Shown: piece by piece, positions 1 to 10,006 of the stretch | Position numbering within the stretch: the first letter of the stretch is position 1 | How the letters are laid out: every line of letters starts with the position of its first letter | Source of the DNA: Blastocatellia bacterium | GTDB lineage: Bacteria > Acidobacteriota > Blastocatellia > UBA7656 | NCBI GenBank assembly: GCA_035293105.1 | Contig: DATDOV010000054.1 | Coordinates: 16,977-80,976 of the forward strand | Reading direction: 5' to 3' | Length of the DNA: 64,000 bases | The notes under the pieces: generated by a model | The model's input: only the letters and a program-made list of their open reading frames with translations | Told to the model about the DNA's origin: nothing | Database searches by the model: none | Made by a program: the position numbers and the translations under genes

Positions 1-314
1 TACGTCCCCTGCTTTTCGAAGATGGGAGTCCACGTCGTGCCCGCGTTGATCGTCTTCCACACGCCGCCCGACGCCGAGCCGATGTAGACGATGTTGGGAT
101 TGCCGGGCACGCCTTCGACGTCGGCGACGCGGCCGCCCATGTTGCACGGGCCGATGTTGCGCCACTCGAGGCGCTCGAATGTCTTCGCGTCGATAGCTGC
201 GGCGGCGCGATCGCCTTGCGACGGTCCCTGAGCCGCTACAGAAAGCTGAATGCCCGGGATTAGGGCGAGTGCCAGCAGCACGCCGCACGCCCTCAGTGAC
301 GGTCTGATTCGCAT
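1..314 (-). CDS. Secreted BNR/sortilin-like repeat protein, N-terminal fragment (the gene continues past the left edge of the window)
   Basis: Reverse-strand ATG at 312-314. The translation MRIRPSLRACGVLLALALIPG... is signal-peptide-like and is followed by a BNR-type motif VYIGSASGGVWKTINAGTTW. The frame stays open to the window edge. Confidence 0.5.
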   Translation of the reverse strand, partial: MRIRPSLRACGVLLALALIPGIQLSVAAQGPSQGDRAAAAIDAKTFERLEWRNIGPCNMGGRVADVEGVPGNPNIVYIGSASGGVWKTINAGTTWTPIFEKQGT

Positions 315-581
315 CGGTCAAGCTCCCGAATTGGATTCGATTCTGTTCAGGGTTGGAAGGATAGGACAAGACGCGCTCGCTCGTCCATTCGTTTCGTTCG
401 CCCGCGCCCTCCGTCCGGGAGGGCGTTGTTCATGGAGATCCAGCCGCCCGCCACTCTGCCGTCCGTTTGGAGGGCTATGTTATGGAAGCGAAGACATTGC
501 CTTCCCAGTGAAGGGCGGAACTCCCTGTCCCTGTGCGCTAGCCTTGACGCTACTCTTTGAACGAGTTAAAGAATAGCTACG

Positions 582-866
582 ATGTCAACGACCGAAACGC
601 CAATCATACCGCGCTACAGCAAGGAGGAGTTCGCGAGGCTAGGCGACGAGTTCTACGAACGGAACGTGCTGCCACACGTTACCGAGGCCGATAAGGGGAA
701 GTTCGCGGTCATCGATCTTGAAACCGGCAACTACGAAATCAATAGGGATGAAGTGGTTGCCCACGATCGACTCTCGGCCCGCAATCCGGGCACCAACGTA
801 TGGGTCGTGCGGATCGGCTCGCGCTATGCGCGTCGTTTTGGTCCCCGGTCGCCGAGCGCAAAATGA
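582..866 (+). CDS. Small hypothetical protein (94 aa)
   Basis: Intact ORF MSTTETPIIPRYSKEEF... with coding-like composition. No recognisable family and a weak RBS. Confidence 0.35.
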   Translation: MSTTETPIIPRYSKEEFARLGDEFYERNVLPHVTEADKGKFAVIDLETGNYEINRDEVVAHDRLSARNPGTNVWVVRIGSRYARRFGPRSPSAK

Positions 867-912
867 TCATCGGTTCCGTCAACGATTTTCGATTGAACCC
901 CAACCATAGTTC

Positions 913-1800
913 TCATGCGGTTATCATCGTCCCTGCACCTTCATCCGTGAATACTTCGTGCAACAACGCGTTCCGCTTCGAGCCATTGATGATGTGAGCA
1001 CTGCGGACTCCGCGGCGAATCAGGTGAGTGATCGCGGCGATCTTCGGCAGCATCCCGGATGAAATCTTCCGCTCTCGCACAAGCGTCTCGGCCTCATCCA
1101 CGGTCAGCCGCGATATTCTCGACGACGGGTCGTCGCGGTCGAGCAACACCCCATCGACGTCCGTCAGCAGGATGAGCTTCTCGGCTGCGAGGTGAACGGC
1201 GATCTCGGCGGCTATCGTATCGGCGTTGATGTTGTAAACGTTGCCTTGATCATCCGCGCCAAGCGACGAAACGACCGGGATGTACCCGTTATCGAGCAAG
1301 AGCCGAAGCAACCGCGCGTTGATCTCGACTATGTCGCCGACGTGGCCGTAGTCGATCATCTCAAGCCGGCCGGTCTCTTGATTCATCACCTGAGTAATCT
1401 CGCGGCGGCGCGCCTTGATCGTGTTGCCGTCAATGCCCGACAGGCTGACGGTCTCCGCGCCCGAACGCCGCAGCGCCGAGAGAATATCGACGCTGATCTG
1501 GCCGGCGAAGACCATCTTCGCAACCTCGAGAGTATCGGCGTCGGTTACACGCCGGCCATTTACTATGCGTTGAGTGATGCCAAGCCGCTCGGCGATCGTC
1601 GTGAGCTGTTTGCCGCCTCCGTGAACCACTGCGACGTGAATCCCGACGTGCTGACAGAGAGTGATCTCCTCGGCGAGCGAGTTGAGCTGGTCCTGGTCCT
1701 CGGTGATCTTGCCCGAGAGCTTGACCACGAAGATGTTGTTCTTGAAGCGCTGAATGTAAGGAAGCGCCTCGCGGAGTAATTCGAGCCGTTCGTGATTCAT
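913..1800 (-). CDS. argB: Acetylglutamate kinase
   Basis: 295 aa. N-terminus ...IFVVKLSGK... and overall amino-acid-kinase family architecture typical of ArgB. It is the last gene of the arg operon. Confidence 0.9.
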   Translation of the reverse strand: MNHERLELLREALPYIQRFKNNIFVVKLSGKITEDQDQLNSLAEEITLCQHVGIHVAVVHGGGKQLTTIAERLGITQRIVNGRRVTDADTLEVAKMVFAGQISVDILSALRRSGAETVSLSGIDGNTIKARRREITQVMNQETGRLEMIDYGHVGDIVEINARLLRLLLDNGYIPVVSSLGADDQGNVYNINADTIAAEIAVHLAAEKLILLTDVDGVLLDRDDPSSRISRLTVDEAETLVRERKISSGMLPKIAAITHLIRRGVRSAHIINGSKRNALLHEVFTDEGAGTMITA

Positions 1801-1801
1801 G

Positions 1802-2809
1802 TCAAACCACCGAAGCCAGGACCGCCTTCTGTACGTACAGCCGGTTCTCGGCCTCCTCTATCGCCGCGTTCTGCGGGCCGTCAAGCACACCGTCGGTCAC
1901 GACAACGTTCCGTCGCACGGGCAAGCAGTGCATGAACCAACCGCGATCCGTCGTGCTCATAATGTCTTCGTCGATGCGCCAGTCGCGGTAGTTCTGCCGC
2001 AACGCGATGTCGTCATCGGGCCGCCCGTAGAAATCCTTGCCGCCCCAACTCTTCGCGAAGACGATTCGCGCGCCTCGACACGCCTCTCGCTGATCGCGCG
2101 AGCTGGTGACCCGGCCGCCGCTCGACTGCGCCGCCGCGGTTATTTCTCCCATCACCTCTTCGCCGAGATCGTATTCAGGCGGACACGCGATCGTCAGATC
2201 CAACCCGAACTGCGCGGCAATCAGGGCGAATGAGTTAGGCACGGCCATCGGCAAGGGCTTGGGATGATACGCCCACGAGAGCACAACGCGGTCGCCGCCC
2301 GCGTTGCCGAGCTTTTCACGCATCGTCATGATGTCGGCCAGCGCTTGAAAGGGATGATGGCGCGCGGATTCGAGATTCAACACCGGCACGTCGCTGTGCT
2401 CGGCAAACCCGCGCACGACCGGGTCGCGAATCTCGCTCTCGTAGTCGAGCATCTCCGGAAACGCGCGCACGCCGATCGCCGCAACGTACCGAGCCAGCAC
2501 CCGCGCCGCTTCTTTGATGTGTTCGGTCTTGTCGCCGTCCATCACGACTCGCTCGCGGTACTCGAGGTTCCACGTGCCCTTGCCGATGTCGAGCGTCACC
2601 GGATTGCCGCCCAGCTCATACACGGCGATTTCCATCGACGCTCGCGTGCGCAGGGAAGGGTTGAAGAAGACCAGCGCGACGCTCCGGCCCAATAGCGGCC
2701 GCTCGTCGTGCTCGCCGGATTTGAAGCGCGAAGCGAGGTCGATCAGCGCCGCAAGCTCATCGCGCGTGAAGTCAGCCGTGCTCAGAAAGTCTCTGCCTTT
2801 GAGGTTCAT
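1802..2809 (-). CDS. argF: N-acetyl-L-ornithine carbamoyltransferase (argF' type, AOTCase/SOTCase family)
   Basis: 335 aa with carbamoyltransferase motifs FFNPSLRTR and HCLP. Extra segments characteristic of the argF' family are present: VMDGDKTEHIKEAARVLARYVAAIGVRAF and the C-terminal ...AIEEAENRLYVQKAV. A Glu sits at the position that selects acetyl over succinyl (...WNLEYRER...). Confidence 0.8.
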   Translation of the reverse strand: MNLKGRDFLSTADFTRDELAALIDLASRFKSGEHDERPLLGRSVALVFFNPSLRTRASMEIAVYELGGNPVTLDIGKGTWNLEYRERVVMDGDKTEHIKEAARVLARYVAAIGVRAFPEMLDYESEIRDPVVRGFAEHSDVPVLNLESARHHPFQALADIMTMREKLGNAGGDRVVLSWAYHPKPLPMAVPNSFALIAAQFGLDLTIACPPEYDLGEEVMGEITAAAQSSGGRVTSSRDQREACRGARIVFAKSWGGKDFYGRPDDDIALRQNYRDWRIDEDIMSTTDRGWFMHCLPVRRNVVVTDGVLDGPQNAAIEEAENRLYVQKAVLASVV

Positions 2810-3046
2810 CGCTGTATATCGGTCGGCTCAACCTCGCTCACCATTCCGTTGATCGCGACTGTCGATGCCGCCGGAAGACTTGGAGTAATAACAGGTCGGA
2901 AAGAGGGGCTTGCCCCCGCCCCATAGTTCGACACTTCTTACTTTGCTTGATGCTGCAAAACAGGCGGAGGCAAGCCCCTCTTCCCGACCTGTTATTGCCT
3001 GATGTTGAACGTTCCTCCCGAACTTGCACACCCTCGAGTTTCAATC

Positions 3047-4270
3047 TCAAATGCCGAGTTGGGCTAGCTGGCCCAGAAACCAATCGATCTCAAGCCGGCG
3101 CAACGTCAGCGGCGGAAGCAACCTCAACACACTCACGTCATCGGCCAACCCCGTGATGATCTTCCGATCCAACAGCCCCTTCTGATACCGCTTTGCGTCG
3201 CCACCCTTGAACCTGATGCCTATCAAGTACCCTAGCCCCCGGACCTCCTCGACCGCCGGCAGCTTCTTCAATTCGCCCAGCAGGTACTCGGAATTCTCGC
3301 GGACGTTCTCAAGCAAACGTTCGTCGCGGATCACCTCCACCGTGGCCTCTAGCGCCGCCGCCGCCAGCGGTCCGCCGCCAAACGTCGCGCCGAGGTCACC
3401 CGATCTTATCTCCCCTGCTATGTGCTCGCTCATCAGCACCGCGCCCATCGGGACCCCGCTTGCTATGCCCTTCGCAAGCGTGACCATATCGGGAACGACC
3501 CCGCACCTGCCCGCGAAGAACCACTCGCCCGTCCGGCCCATTCCCGTTTGCACTTCGTCGTAGATCAGCATCGCGCCGACGTTGTCGACCATCTCGCGCA
3601 AGGCCTGATAGAACGACGGCTCCGCCATCCGGACCCCGCCCATCGATTGAATCGGCTCAAGGATCACCGCGGCGGTCCTCTCGTCGAGCATCGCTTCGAC
3701 CGACGCAGCGTCGCCGAACGGCGCGTAGACGTGCCCTTCAAGCAACGGCGAAATCCCGTCGCGATACTTCTCGATCCCGGTCGCCGCGAGCGATCCCGGG
3801 GTTCGGCCGTGGAAGCCGCCTTCGAAGGAGATGACCTTCTCGCGCCCGGTCAGCTTACGGGCGATCTTCAGCGCGTTTTCGTTCGCCTCGGTTCCGGAAT
3901 TCACGAAGAACGTTTTGGTCAATTCAGCCGGCGCGATCTCGACGAGCGCCTTCGCTGCACGCGCCCGCGCGTCGTTGTAGACGAGGTTCGAATAGAAGAT
4001 AAGCCGGCTCGCTTGATCCGCGATTGCTTTGACGATCTTCGGATGCGAGTGCCCGGTCGAGACGACGGCGTGGCCGCCGTACAAATCCAGATAGCGATCG
4101 CCGGTGTTAGTGAAGACCCATACGTCTTCGCCGCGCTCGATCGCGAAGGGAAACTTCTTGTAGGTCGCGACCTGATACTGTTCTTCGATGTCGATGACGC
4201 TCTCGACTTGCGGTAGTGTCGTCAAATCAACCTCTCTCCAGGCTCTCAACGCAAAGGCGCAACGACGCAA
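3047..4270 (-). CDS. argD: Acetylornithine aminotransferase (class III PLP aminotransferase)
   Basis: Class-III aminotransferase signatures: GGHAVVSTGHSHPKIV, FVNSGTEANE, and the PLP lysine context LAKGIASG. The true start is probably an internal TTG near 4222, preceded by GAGAGG. Confidence 0.85.
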   Translation of the reverse strand: MRRCAFALRAWREVDLTTLPQVESVIDIEEQYQVATYKKFPFAIERGEDVWVFTNTGDRYLDLYGGHAVVSTGHSHPKIVKAIADQASRLIFYSNLVYNDARARAAKALVEIAPAELTKTFFVNSGTEANENALKIARKLTGREKVISFEGGFHGRTPGSLAATGIEKYRDGISPLLEGHVYAPFGDAASVEAMLDERTAAVILEPIQSMGGVRMAEPSFYQALREMVDNVGAMLIYDEVQTGMGRTGEWFFAGRCGVVPDMVTLAKGIASGVPMGAVLMSEHIAGEIRSGDLGATFGGGPLAAAALEATVEVIRDERLLENVRENSEYLLGELKKLPAVEEVRGLGYLIGIRFKGGDAKRYQKGLLDRKIITGLADDVSVLRLLPPLTLRRLEIDWFLGQLAQLGI

Positions 4271-4370
4271 AAACTCAAAGCGCAGAAAGGACAGATGAAG
4301 AGTCTCGGCGTCCTGCTACTGACTTTCGAATGCCTCGCTTTGCGTGTCTGCGCTTTTGCGTTGAATCCCC

Positions 4371-5402
4371 TCACGGGTTACTTCCGGTCATAACAAGGCC
4401 CGTGCGTTCTTCCACGCCAAACATCACATTCATGTTTTGCACAGCCTGTCCCGCGGCGCCCTTCACCAGATTATCCAGCGCGACAAATACGATTACGGTG
4501 TCGCCGCTTGCCGCCCAGCCGATGTCGGTGAAATTCGTGTTCTTGACCCAGTTGATATCCGGCGAGCCATCCACCAGCCGGACGAAGTACTCCTTCGCAT
4601 AGTGATCTGCGAACAGCCGTCCGACTTGTTCGTGCGTCATCGGCTGGCGGGGCGTGACATAAATCGTCGCGAATATTCCTCGCACGGTCGGCAGAGAGTG
4701 AGTCTGAAGAACGAGGCTGCACCGATACGACCACTCGGGATCGACGGAGGCCAACAGTTGTTCGACCTCCGGCTGGTGCTGATGTTCGAATGGCTTGTAT
4801 GCGTAAAAGCTGTTCGCGCGTTTCGGGTGATGAGTGTTCGCCGCAGCCTTCGCGCCGGAGCCCGACGAGCCGGTTTTCATGTCGGCGATGATCTTTCCCG
4901 ATGCGAGTCCTTCTCTGACGAACGGATAGAGCCCCAGCTCGAGCGCAGACGCAAAGCAGCCCGGGTTCGCTACGCAAGTCGCCGTCTTGATCAATTCACG
5001 GTTCACCTCCGTCAGCCCATAAACGAACTCGCGCTGTGACTCCATCGCCGTGTGCGCGCGGCCGTAGTAGCGCTCAAATGCCGCCGCGTCGTTCAATCGA
5101 AAGTCGCCCGACAGATCCACGACATTCAGTTCTCTTGGCAGCGACGGCACAATCTCCATCGCCTGTCCGTGCGGCAACGCCAGGAACACACAGTCGAGTC
5201 CGTCCAACTCGCGCGGGTCGGGCATTGGCGCGAACGTGAGGTCTGTGAGCCTGGAGAGGTTCGGATGAACCGAGTCGACGCGCTTGCCGGCGTGCTCGGA
5301 CGCGGTAACAAGCTCGAGTTCGACCTCGGGATGAAACAACAGGATTCGCAGCAGCTCGCTGCCGCCGTACCCCGACCCGCCTAGTATTCCGACCCTGATC
5401 AT
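4371..5402 (-). CDS. argC: N-acetyl-gamma-glutamyl-phosphate reductase
   Basis: MIRVGILGGSGYGGSELLRIL... Rossmann N-terminus and the catalytic Cys context ANPGCFA. The start was moved to the internal ATG at 5402 (the ORF track starts at 5441). Confidence 0.9.
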   Translation of the reverse strand: MIRVGILGGSGYGGSELLRILLFHPEVELELVTASEHAGKRVDSVHPNLSRLTDLTFAPMPDPRELDGLDCVFLALPHGQAMEIVPSLPRELNVVDLSGDFRLNDAAAFERYYGRAHTAMESQREFVYGLTEVNRELIKTATCVANPGCFASALELGLYPFVREGLASGKIIADMKTGSSGSGAKAAANTHHPKRANSFYAYKPFEHQHQPEVEQLLASVDPEWSYRCSLVLQTHSLPTVRGIFATIYVTPRQPMTHEQVGRLFADHYAKEYFVRLVDGSPDINWVKNTNFTDIGWAASGDTVIVFVALDNLVKGAAGQAVQNMNVMFGVEERTGLVMTGSNP

Positions 5403-5442
5403 CTTTCGCTCTGGCCTTCTGCGGCCGCGCTGACACCGCAAC

Positions 5443-6555
5443 TCAACTTGCGCCGGTCCACCGCTCCAGTCTCTCCTTCACCAACGCCGCAAGCAGCTCG
5501 CCTTCGTTCAACGCGTTAGCCGCCGCCAAACCAAGCTCGTCCCTCACGTAGTCACCACCCATGTGCGAGTCCGTCACCGGACCAGACACGACGTCGATCT
5601 TGACTCCGCGGCTTGCAAGCAACTCGCGCCCGCCCCACGCGCCGACAAAATCGTTCGCGCAAAACACCAGCGCCGCCGTCGCACTCATCAGTTCCTCGTC
5701 CGCGAAGACCGTATCAACCGAGTAGCCACCCAGTATTCCGTCTCCAAGCTCGATCACTACGCAATCGGGTTCCTCTTCGGCGAGCTTCGTGATCACGCCC
5801 TTGGCCATCGGCGCGAGGTCGGTAACGCCGACAGTCGACGGCAATCCGCAATCCAGGAAGCTGAGCGTCTTGATCGCACCGTGGTCTTCCATGTGAAGCG
5901 TGTCCCGCAAGCACGCGACGCCGGAGAGCTTCGCCGCGGCGACTCGCAGCCCCGCCCGACTGAGGTGTTTGATTATTCCGGTCGCCGCATAGGTCTTTCC
6001 CGAATTCATGCATGTGCCGGCGACGAGCACGAGCGGCGTTGTGACTTCGAGGCGCTCGCGTGTAGCAATCGCGGCCTCAGCGATGTTCATTATGCGGCCA
6101 TCCCGCAGCGGCATGCCCAGCACCTCAACCTCGATCGCGTTGCTCAAGCTGTGGTGGTGTCCGAGGCACTGACCGATCAGCCCGCCGAGGTTCAGCAGGT
6201 GGAGCCTGTCGCCGGCGGCAACTGATTTGGGAACATCGCCGATGAAGCCTTTCAGCGCGCGCCTGTACCCGAGCACGCCCGCAACGATGTCACCCGGATT
6301 GATCTTTGCCATCCGGCCGGTGACCAACTCGATCGTGTTGTAGGTCGCGTTGTCGGTCAGCGTGCGCGCAACGACGACGTTGCCGGCCTTCGCCTCGCAT
6401 TCCGTGGTGATCTCGAGTTCCTGCGTGAGAGCCAGGTTGACCGTTGACGACGCGATTTTGTCCACACGAACAAGGCGAAGATCAGCGTTCGAGATTGGAT
6501 CGGAGACAGGAGGCTCAGACATATTCAGTTCCGGTACGATTGTGTGTGTGCTCAA
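5443..6555 (-). CDS. Conserved hypothetical protein inside the arg operon. Rossmann/P-loop-like, possibly DUF1611-like.
   Basis: 370-aa intact ORF packed between argG and argC (2-nt gap to argC). Contains a P-loop-like AGTCMNSGKT and Gly-rich segments ELGDGILGG. No GNAT, ArgJ or M20 signatures. The family call is tentative. Confidence 0.6.
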   Translation of the reverse strand: MSTHTIVPELNMSEPPVSDPISNADLRLVRVDKIASSTVNLALTQELEITTECEAKAGNVVVARTLTDNATYNTIELVTGRMAKINPGDIVAGVLGYRRALKGFIGDVPKSVAAGDRLHLLNLGGLIGQCLGHHHSLSNAIEVEVLGMPLRDGRIMNIAEAAIATRERLEVTTPLVLVAGTCMNSGKTYAATGIIKHLSRAGLRVAAAKLSGVACLRDTLHMEDHGAIKTLSFLDCGLPSTVGVTDLAPMAKGVITKLAEEEPDCVVIELGDGILGGYSVDTVFADEELMSATAALVFCANDFVGAWGGRELLASRGVKIDVVSGPVTDSHMGGDYVRDELGLAAANALNEGELLAALVKERLERWTGAS

Positions 6556-6738
6556 TGGAGGTTCTCCTTCGCTGTAATCGTCGCCTTATGGTAACTTCGG
6601 TCCGCAATCCCAGAGGGATTGAATGTTTGTAGTAACGAGTCGCGAGCCGTGCTGACTCCGTAGGAGTCAAATGTCCGGGCTACTCGAATAATCGACGGCC
6701 ACGACGGGCACATCTCACTCCGACGGAGTGACGGAGGA

Positions 6739-7962
6739 TTACGCATCAGCTTTCTCCTCCGCCATCCTTCTCATCCTCAGCCTCAACGCGTTCAACTTGA
6801 TGAATCCCTCGGCGTCGCGCTGGTTGTAGACCGTGTCACGCTCGAATGTTGCGAACTGCTCGGAGTAGAGCGACAGCGGCGAGCGCCTTCCGACTACCGT
6901 GCAGTTGCCCTTGTACAGTTTGAGCCGCGCCGTGCCCGTCACGTTCTTCTGGCTTTCATCTATCAGAGCGCGAATCGCCTCGAACTCCGGGCTGTACCAG
7001 AAGCCGTAATAGATCATCTCCGCCACGCGCGGGCCGAGCGAATCTTTCAGGTGCATGACCTCGCGGTCGAGGGTCAGCGACTCAACCGCGCGATGAGCCG
7101 CGTGAAGTATCGTCACGCCCGGAGTCTCGTACACGCCGCGCGATTTCATGCCGACGAACCGGTTCTCAACCAGATCGACGCGGCCGACACCGTGCTCGCC
7201 GCCGAGCTTGTTCAGCCGGGCGAGCAACGCCGCGGGCGAAAGCGATTCGCCGTCAACCGCTACCGGAACGCCCGCGTCAAAGTCGATCTCGACGTAGATC
7301 GGTTTGTCCGGTGCATCTTCGGGCGCGCGCGTCAGGATGAAGATCTCCGGCGGCGGCGCGTTCCACGGGTCTTCGAGGATGCCGCCCTCGTAGCTGATGT
7401 GCATCAGATTGCGGTCCATCGAGTAGGGCTTCTCGGCGGTGGCGATGATTGGAATCTCGTGGCGCTTAGCGTAGGCCATCAAATCCGAGCGCGATTTGAA
7501 CTCCCACTCGCGCCATGGGGCGATGACGCGGATGTTCGGCTCAAGGGCGTAGTAGGTGAGCTCGAACCTCACCTGATCGTTCCCTTTACCCGTGGCCCCG
7601 TGCGCGACGGCTTGCGCGCCCTCTTTGCGCGCGATCTCGATCTGCTTCTTGGCGATCAGCGGGCGGGCGAGCGAGGTCCCCATCAAGTAGACGCCTTCGT
7701 AGACGGCGTTAGCCTTGACGGCGGGAAAAACGAAGTCGCGAACGAACTCCTCGCGCACGTCTTCGACATAGAGCTTCGATGCACCGGTCGCAAGCGCCTT
7801 CTCTGCAAGCCCGCTGAGTTCCTCCGCCTGGCCGACGTCGGCGGCGAAGCAGACCACTTCGCAGTGATAAGTCTCCTTCAACCATTTCAATATCACCGAC
7901 GTATCGAGCCCGCCTGAGTACGCGAGCACGACTTTATCAACTCCTTTTCGCTCAGAAGACAA
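6739..7962 (-). CDS. argG: Argininosuccinate synthase
   Basis: [18 protein letters not shown]... PP-loop ATP pyrophosphatase motif; 407 aa. Confidence 0.92.
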   Translation of the reverse strand: MSSERKGVDKVVLAYSGGLDTSVILKWLKETYHCEVVCFAADVGQAEELSGLAEKALATGASKLYVEDVREEFVRDFVFPAVKANAVYEGVYLMGTSLARPLIAKKQIEIARKEGAQAVAHGATGKGNDQVRFELTYYALEPNIRVIAPWREWEFKSRSDLMAYAKRHEIPIIATAEKPYSMDRNLMHISYEGGILEDPWNAPPPEIFILTRAPEDAPDKPIYVEIDFDAGVPVAVDGESLSPAALLARLNKLGGEHGVGRVDLVENRFVGMKSRGVYETPGVTILHAAHRAVESLTLDREVMHLKDSLGPRVAEMIYYGFWYSPEFEAIRALIDESQKNVTGTARLKLYKGNCTVVGRRSPLSLYSEQFATFERDTVYNQRDAEGFIKLNALRLRMRRMAEEKADA

Positions 7963-7988
7963 CTGGGTCCCTCCTCGTTATCTGAATG

Positions 7989-8471
7989 TCATTTGTGCGA
8001 GGGCACGTGCGCGGACGGCCGCACCTTGCGCTGGGTTGTTCTTCGCGCCCGCGCGGCCGGCCGCGTGAATAGCTTGACGAGTTTCCTGATCGCCAGCCGC
8101 TGCGCGGCCGAATTCTTCACCGCGACCAGGATCGTATCGTCTCCGGCTACCGTCCCGACGATCTCGTTGATGCCGGCGTTGTCGATGGCGATGGCGGCCG
8201 GTTGAGCCTGACCGACGTCAGTCCTGACTACAATGAGGTTGTCGCCTGCGGTGTCGAGATCGGAGATCATTCCACCGACCGGCAGCGCGGCCCGCGGCGC
8301 GGCGTAATAACCGTCGGCTTTGGTCAGACCGAGTTCGACGATATCGCGCGACACGCTCGACTGGGTGGCGGCGTGCCCATGACGCGCGAGCTCAGCCGAG
8401 AGCTGATGCTGAGTGGCGATCCGCTTCGCGCTGATTATATCGAGTATCTTTTGCTGCCTGCCCCTCTTCAC
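7989..8471 (-). CDS. argR: Arginine repressor
   Basis: 160 aa. N-terminal winged-helix segment with ...TQSSVSRDIVELGL... and a C-terminal oligomerisation-like region. GTG start at 8471. It is the first gene of the operon. Confidence 0.8.
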   Translation of the reverse strand: MKRGRQQKILDIISAKRIATQHQLSAELARHGHAATQSSVSRDIVELGLTKADGYYAAPRAALPVGGMISDLDTAGDNLIVVRTDVGQAQPAAIAIDNAGINEIVGTVAGDDTILVAVKNSAAQRLAIRKLVKLFTRPAARARRTTQRKVRPSAHVPSHK

Positions 8472-8502
8472 AAATTGGCCCTGTCCGCCCTGTCTTCAGT
8501 TT

Positions 8503-8532
8503 TATGCGGCGTTCTCGCATAAAATCCGCATA
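8503..8532. promoter_or_regulatory. Putative ArgR operator (ARG-box-like palindrome) upstream of argR
   Basis: TATGCGG cgttctcgcataaaat CCGCATA is a perfect 7-bp inverted repeat, with the nested palindrome TATGCG..CGCATA. It lies 32-60 bp upstream of the argR start and is AT-rich compared with the flanks. Confidence 0.4.
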
Positions 8533-8715
8533 ATTGAAAAAGAGATGCATACCCTAGCACAGCCGTCCGGCGCGGGTCAATTGAAATCGTAAGCGAGTAA
8601 GCGAGCATACCGGAAGAACATTTGACCTCGAATCGGTTCTAACCTATCTTGCCAATTAGACGCGGTACCTCCCTGCCCTCAAACGATAACTTTCACGCGG
8701 TTGGTGGGACTCACA

Positions 8716-9288
8716 ATGAAGCAAGAAAAACTGGGAAACAAAGCGGCAGTCAAAGGAACGATGCTCAAGGCGCACCTTTCATGGGCGAGAGAATACGTCG
8801 GCGAGAACCTCTCCTCTTTAAGACCCCACCTCGACCAGGAGTCGTTCACGTACGTCATCACGCCCGTGCTCTCGATGTCTTGGGTCCCGTTCCACTGCCT
8901 CATCAAGATCGACTGGGCGATTGCGAACGTGATTGGAGGTCAACCCGAACGGGTCTTCAGAGAGCTCGGCCGCCGTTCAGCCTCTTTGAACCTGGGCGGG
9001 ATTTATAAGTACTTCATATCGGATGAACCGCACCGATTCTTCGATCAGATGACCGTGCACAACGCGTTTCAGAACTTTGGTCAGCCGGTGTACGAGCGAG
9101 TGGGAGAGCGGTCCGGCCGGGTCAGGCTAGGACAGTATTCGGAATACTCCCCTGCCTTCTGCATAAGTGGCGCGGGATTCTACGAGGAGGCGCTACGGAT
9201 AATGAAAGCTCCTGGGCCGGTCGCCGTCACTGAGACCTCGTGTCAATGCGCCGGAGATGAGGTGTGCTGCTTTGATCTGAAGTGGTGA
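8716..9288 (+). CDS. Hypothetical protein with a C-terminal Cys cluster (possibly DUF2378/TIGR02265-like)
   Basis: 190-aa ORF MKQEKLGNK... ending ...CQCAGDEVCCFDLKW. No other recognisable motifs. Confidence 0.5.
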   Translation: MKQEKLGNKAAVKGTMLKAHLSWAREYVGENLSSLRPHLDQESFTYVITPVLSMSWVPFHCLIKIDWAIANVIGGQPERVFRELGRRSASLNLGGIYKYFISDEPHRFFDQMTVHNAFQNFGQPVYERVGERSGRVRLGQYSEYSPAFCISGAGFYEEALRIMKAPGPVAVTETSCQCAGDEVCCFDLKW

Positions 9289-10006
9289 GGTCTTGAAGGA
9301 AAGTCGAGCGGCGCGTGATGTGGCGTCATGAGCGGTGAACACGGCGGCTTACTCGTGGGGGTTCGGATCAACGAAAGAAGTATTGGCTTACGACTATAGC
9401 TGGAGGCTCAAGTATCCAATTCACGCTGAACCAGTAAACGGGGAGCACATGTCAGCAATGGCAAGTCCAGCCCTCTCTCATCTCATCTTCTCTCGCGCTC
9501 ATTCCACCTGGACCCCACACGGACTTGCGCTCCCGCCGCAGCATGATCGGCCTATCTCGCCAATCGCGCGAGGCGTTCTTCTTCACCGCGGAGTTTGACC
9601 CGGGCGTCTCGAAGTGACCTGCGCGCAATAGACTCGACGCCACACGCTCCAACCGCTCGCCCACCGTTCCTTCATTCCCCCGGCGGCGCTTTGCAATTCA
9701 TCTCGACGCCTACTATCCTAACGGAGAATTCATCAACCCGATTATGGGGACGATATAGGCCAACTTCATCGCTGCAACTTTTTTCTTCGTCCCAGCAATA
9801 GTCCGAGGGTAGCCATCAGCCGGCAGTAAACCACTCAGCGAGATTGCCGCATCCGCAAGCTCGCCCGGTACCGCCGCGCTGCGAATCATTCGGGCTCGTG
9901 TGGCGCCCTTCTTCGCTATCGCCAAATCTCGCGGCGCGGGGCCTGAAGGATGTCGGTCTGGTTATCCGGCCGTGTACGCAAGAAAGATTCGAAAGGGACG
10001 ACCGCT

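Noticed and set aside
250-576. 108-aa plus-strand ORF at the left edge
   Set aside because: It overlaps the better-supported reverse-strand signal-peptide/BNR gene start and has no motifs.
1192-7917. Multiple 100-290-aa plus-strand ORFs overlapping argB, argF', argD, X and argG (e.g. 1192-1779, 3422-4216, 5563-6225, 7051-7917)
   Set aside because: All are antisense to strongly supported arg genes and have R/D-rich, motif-free translations.
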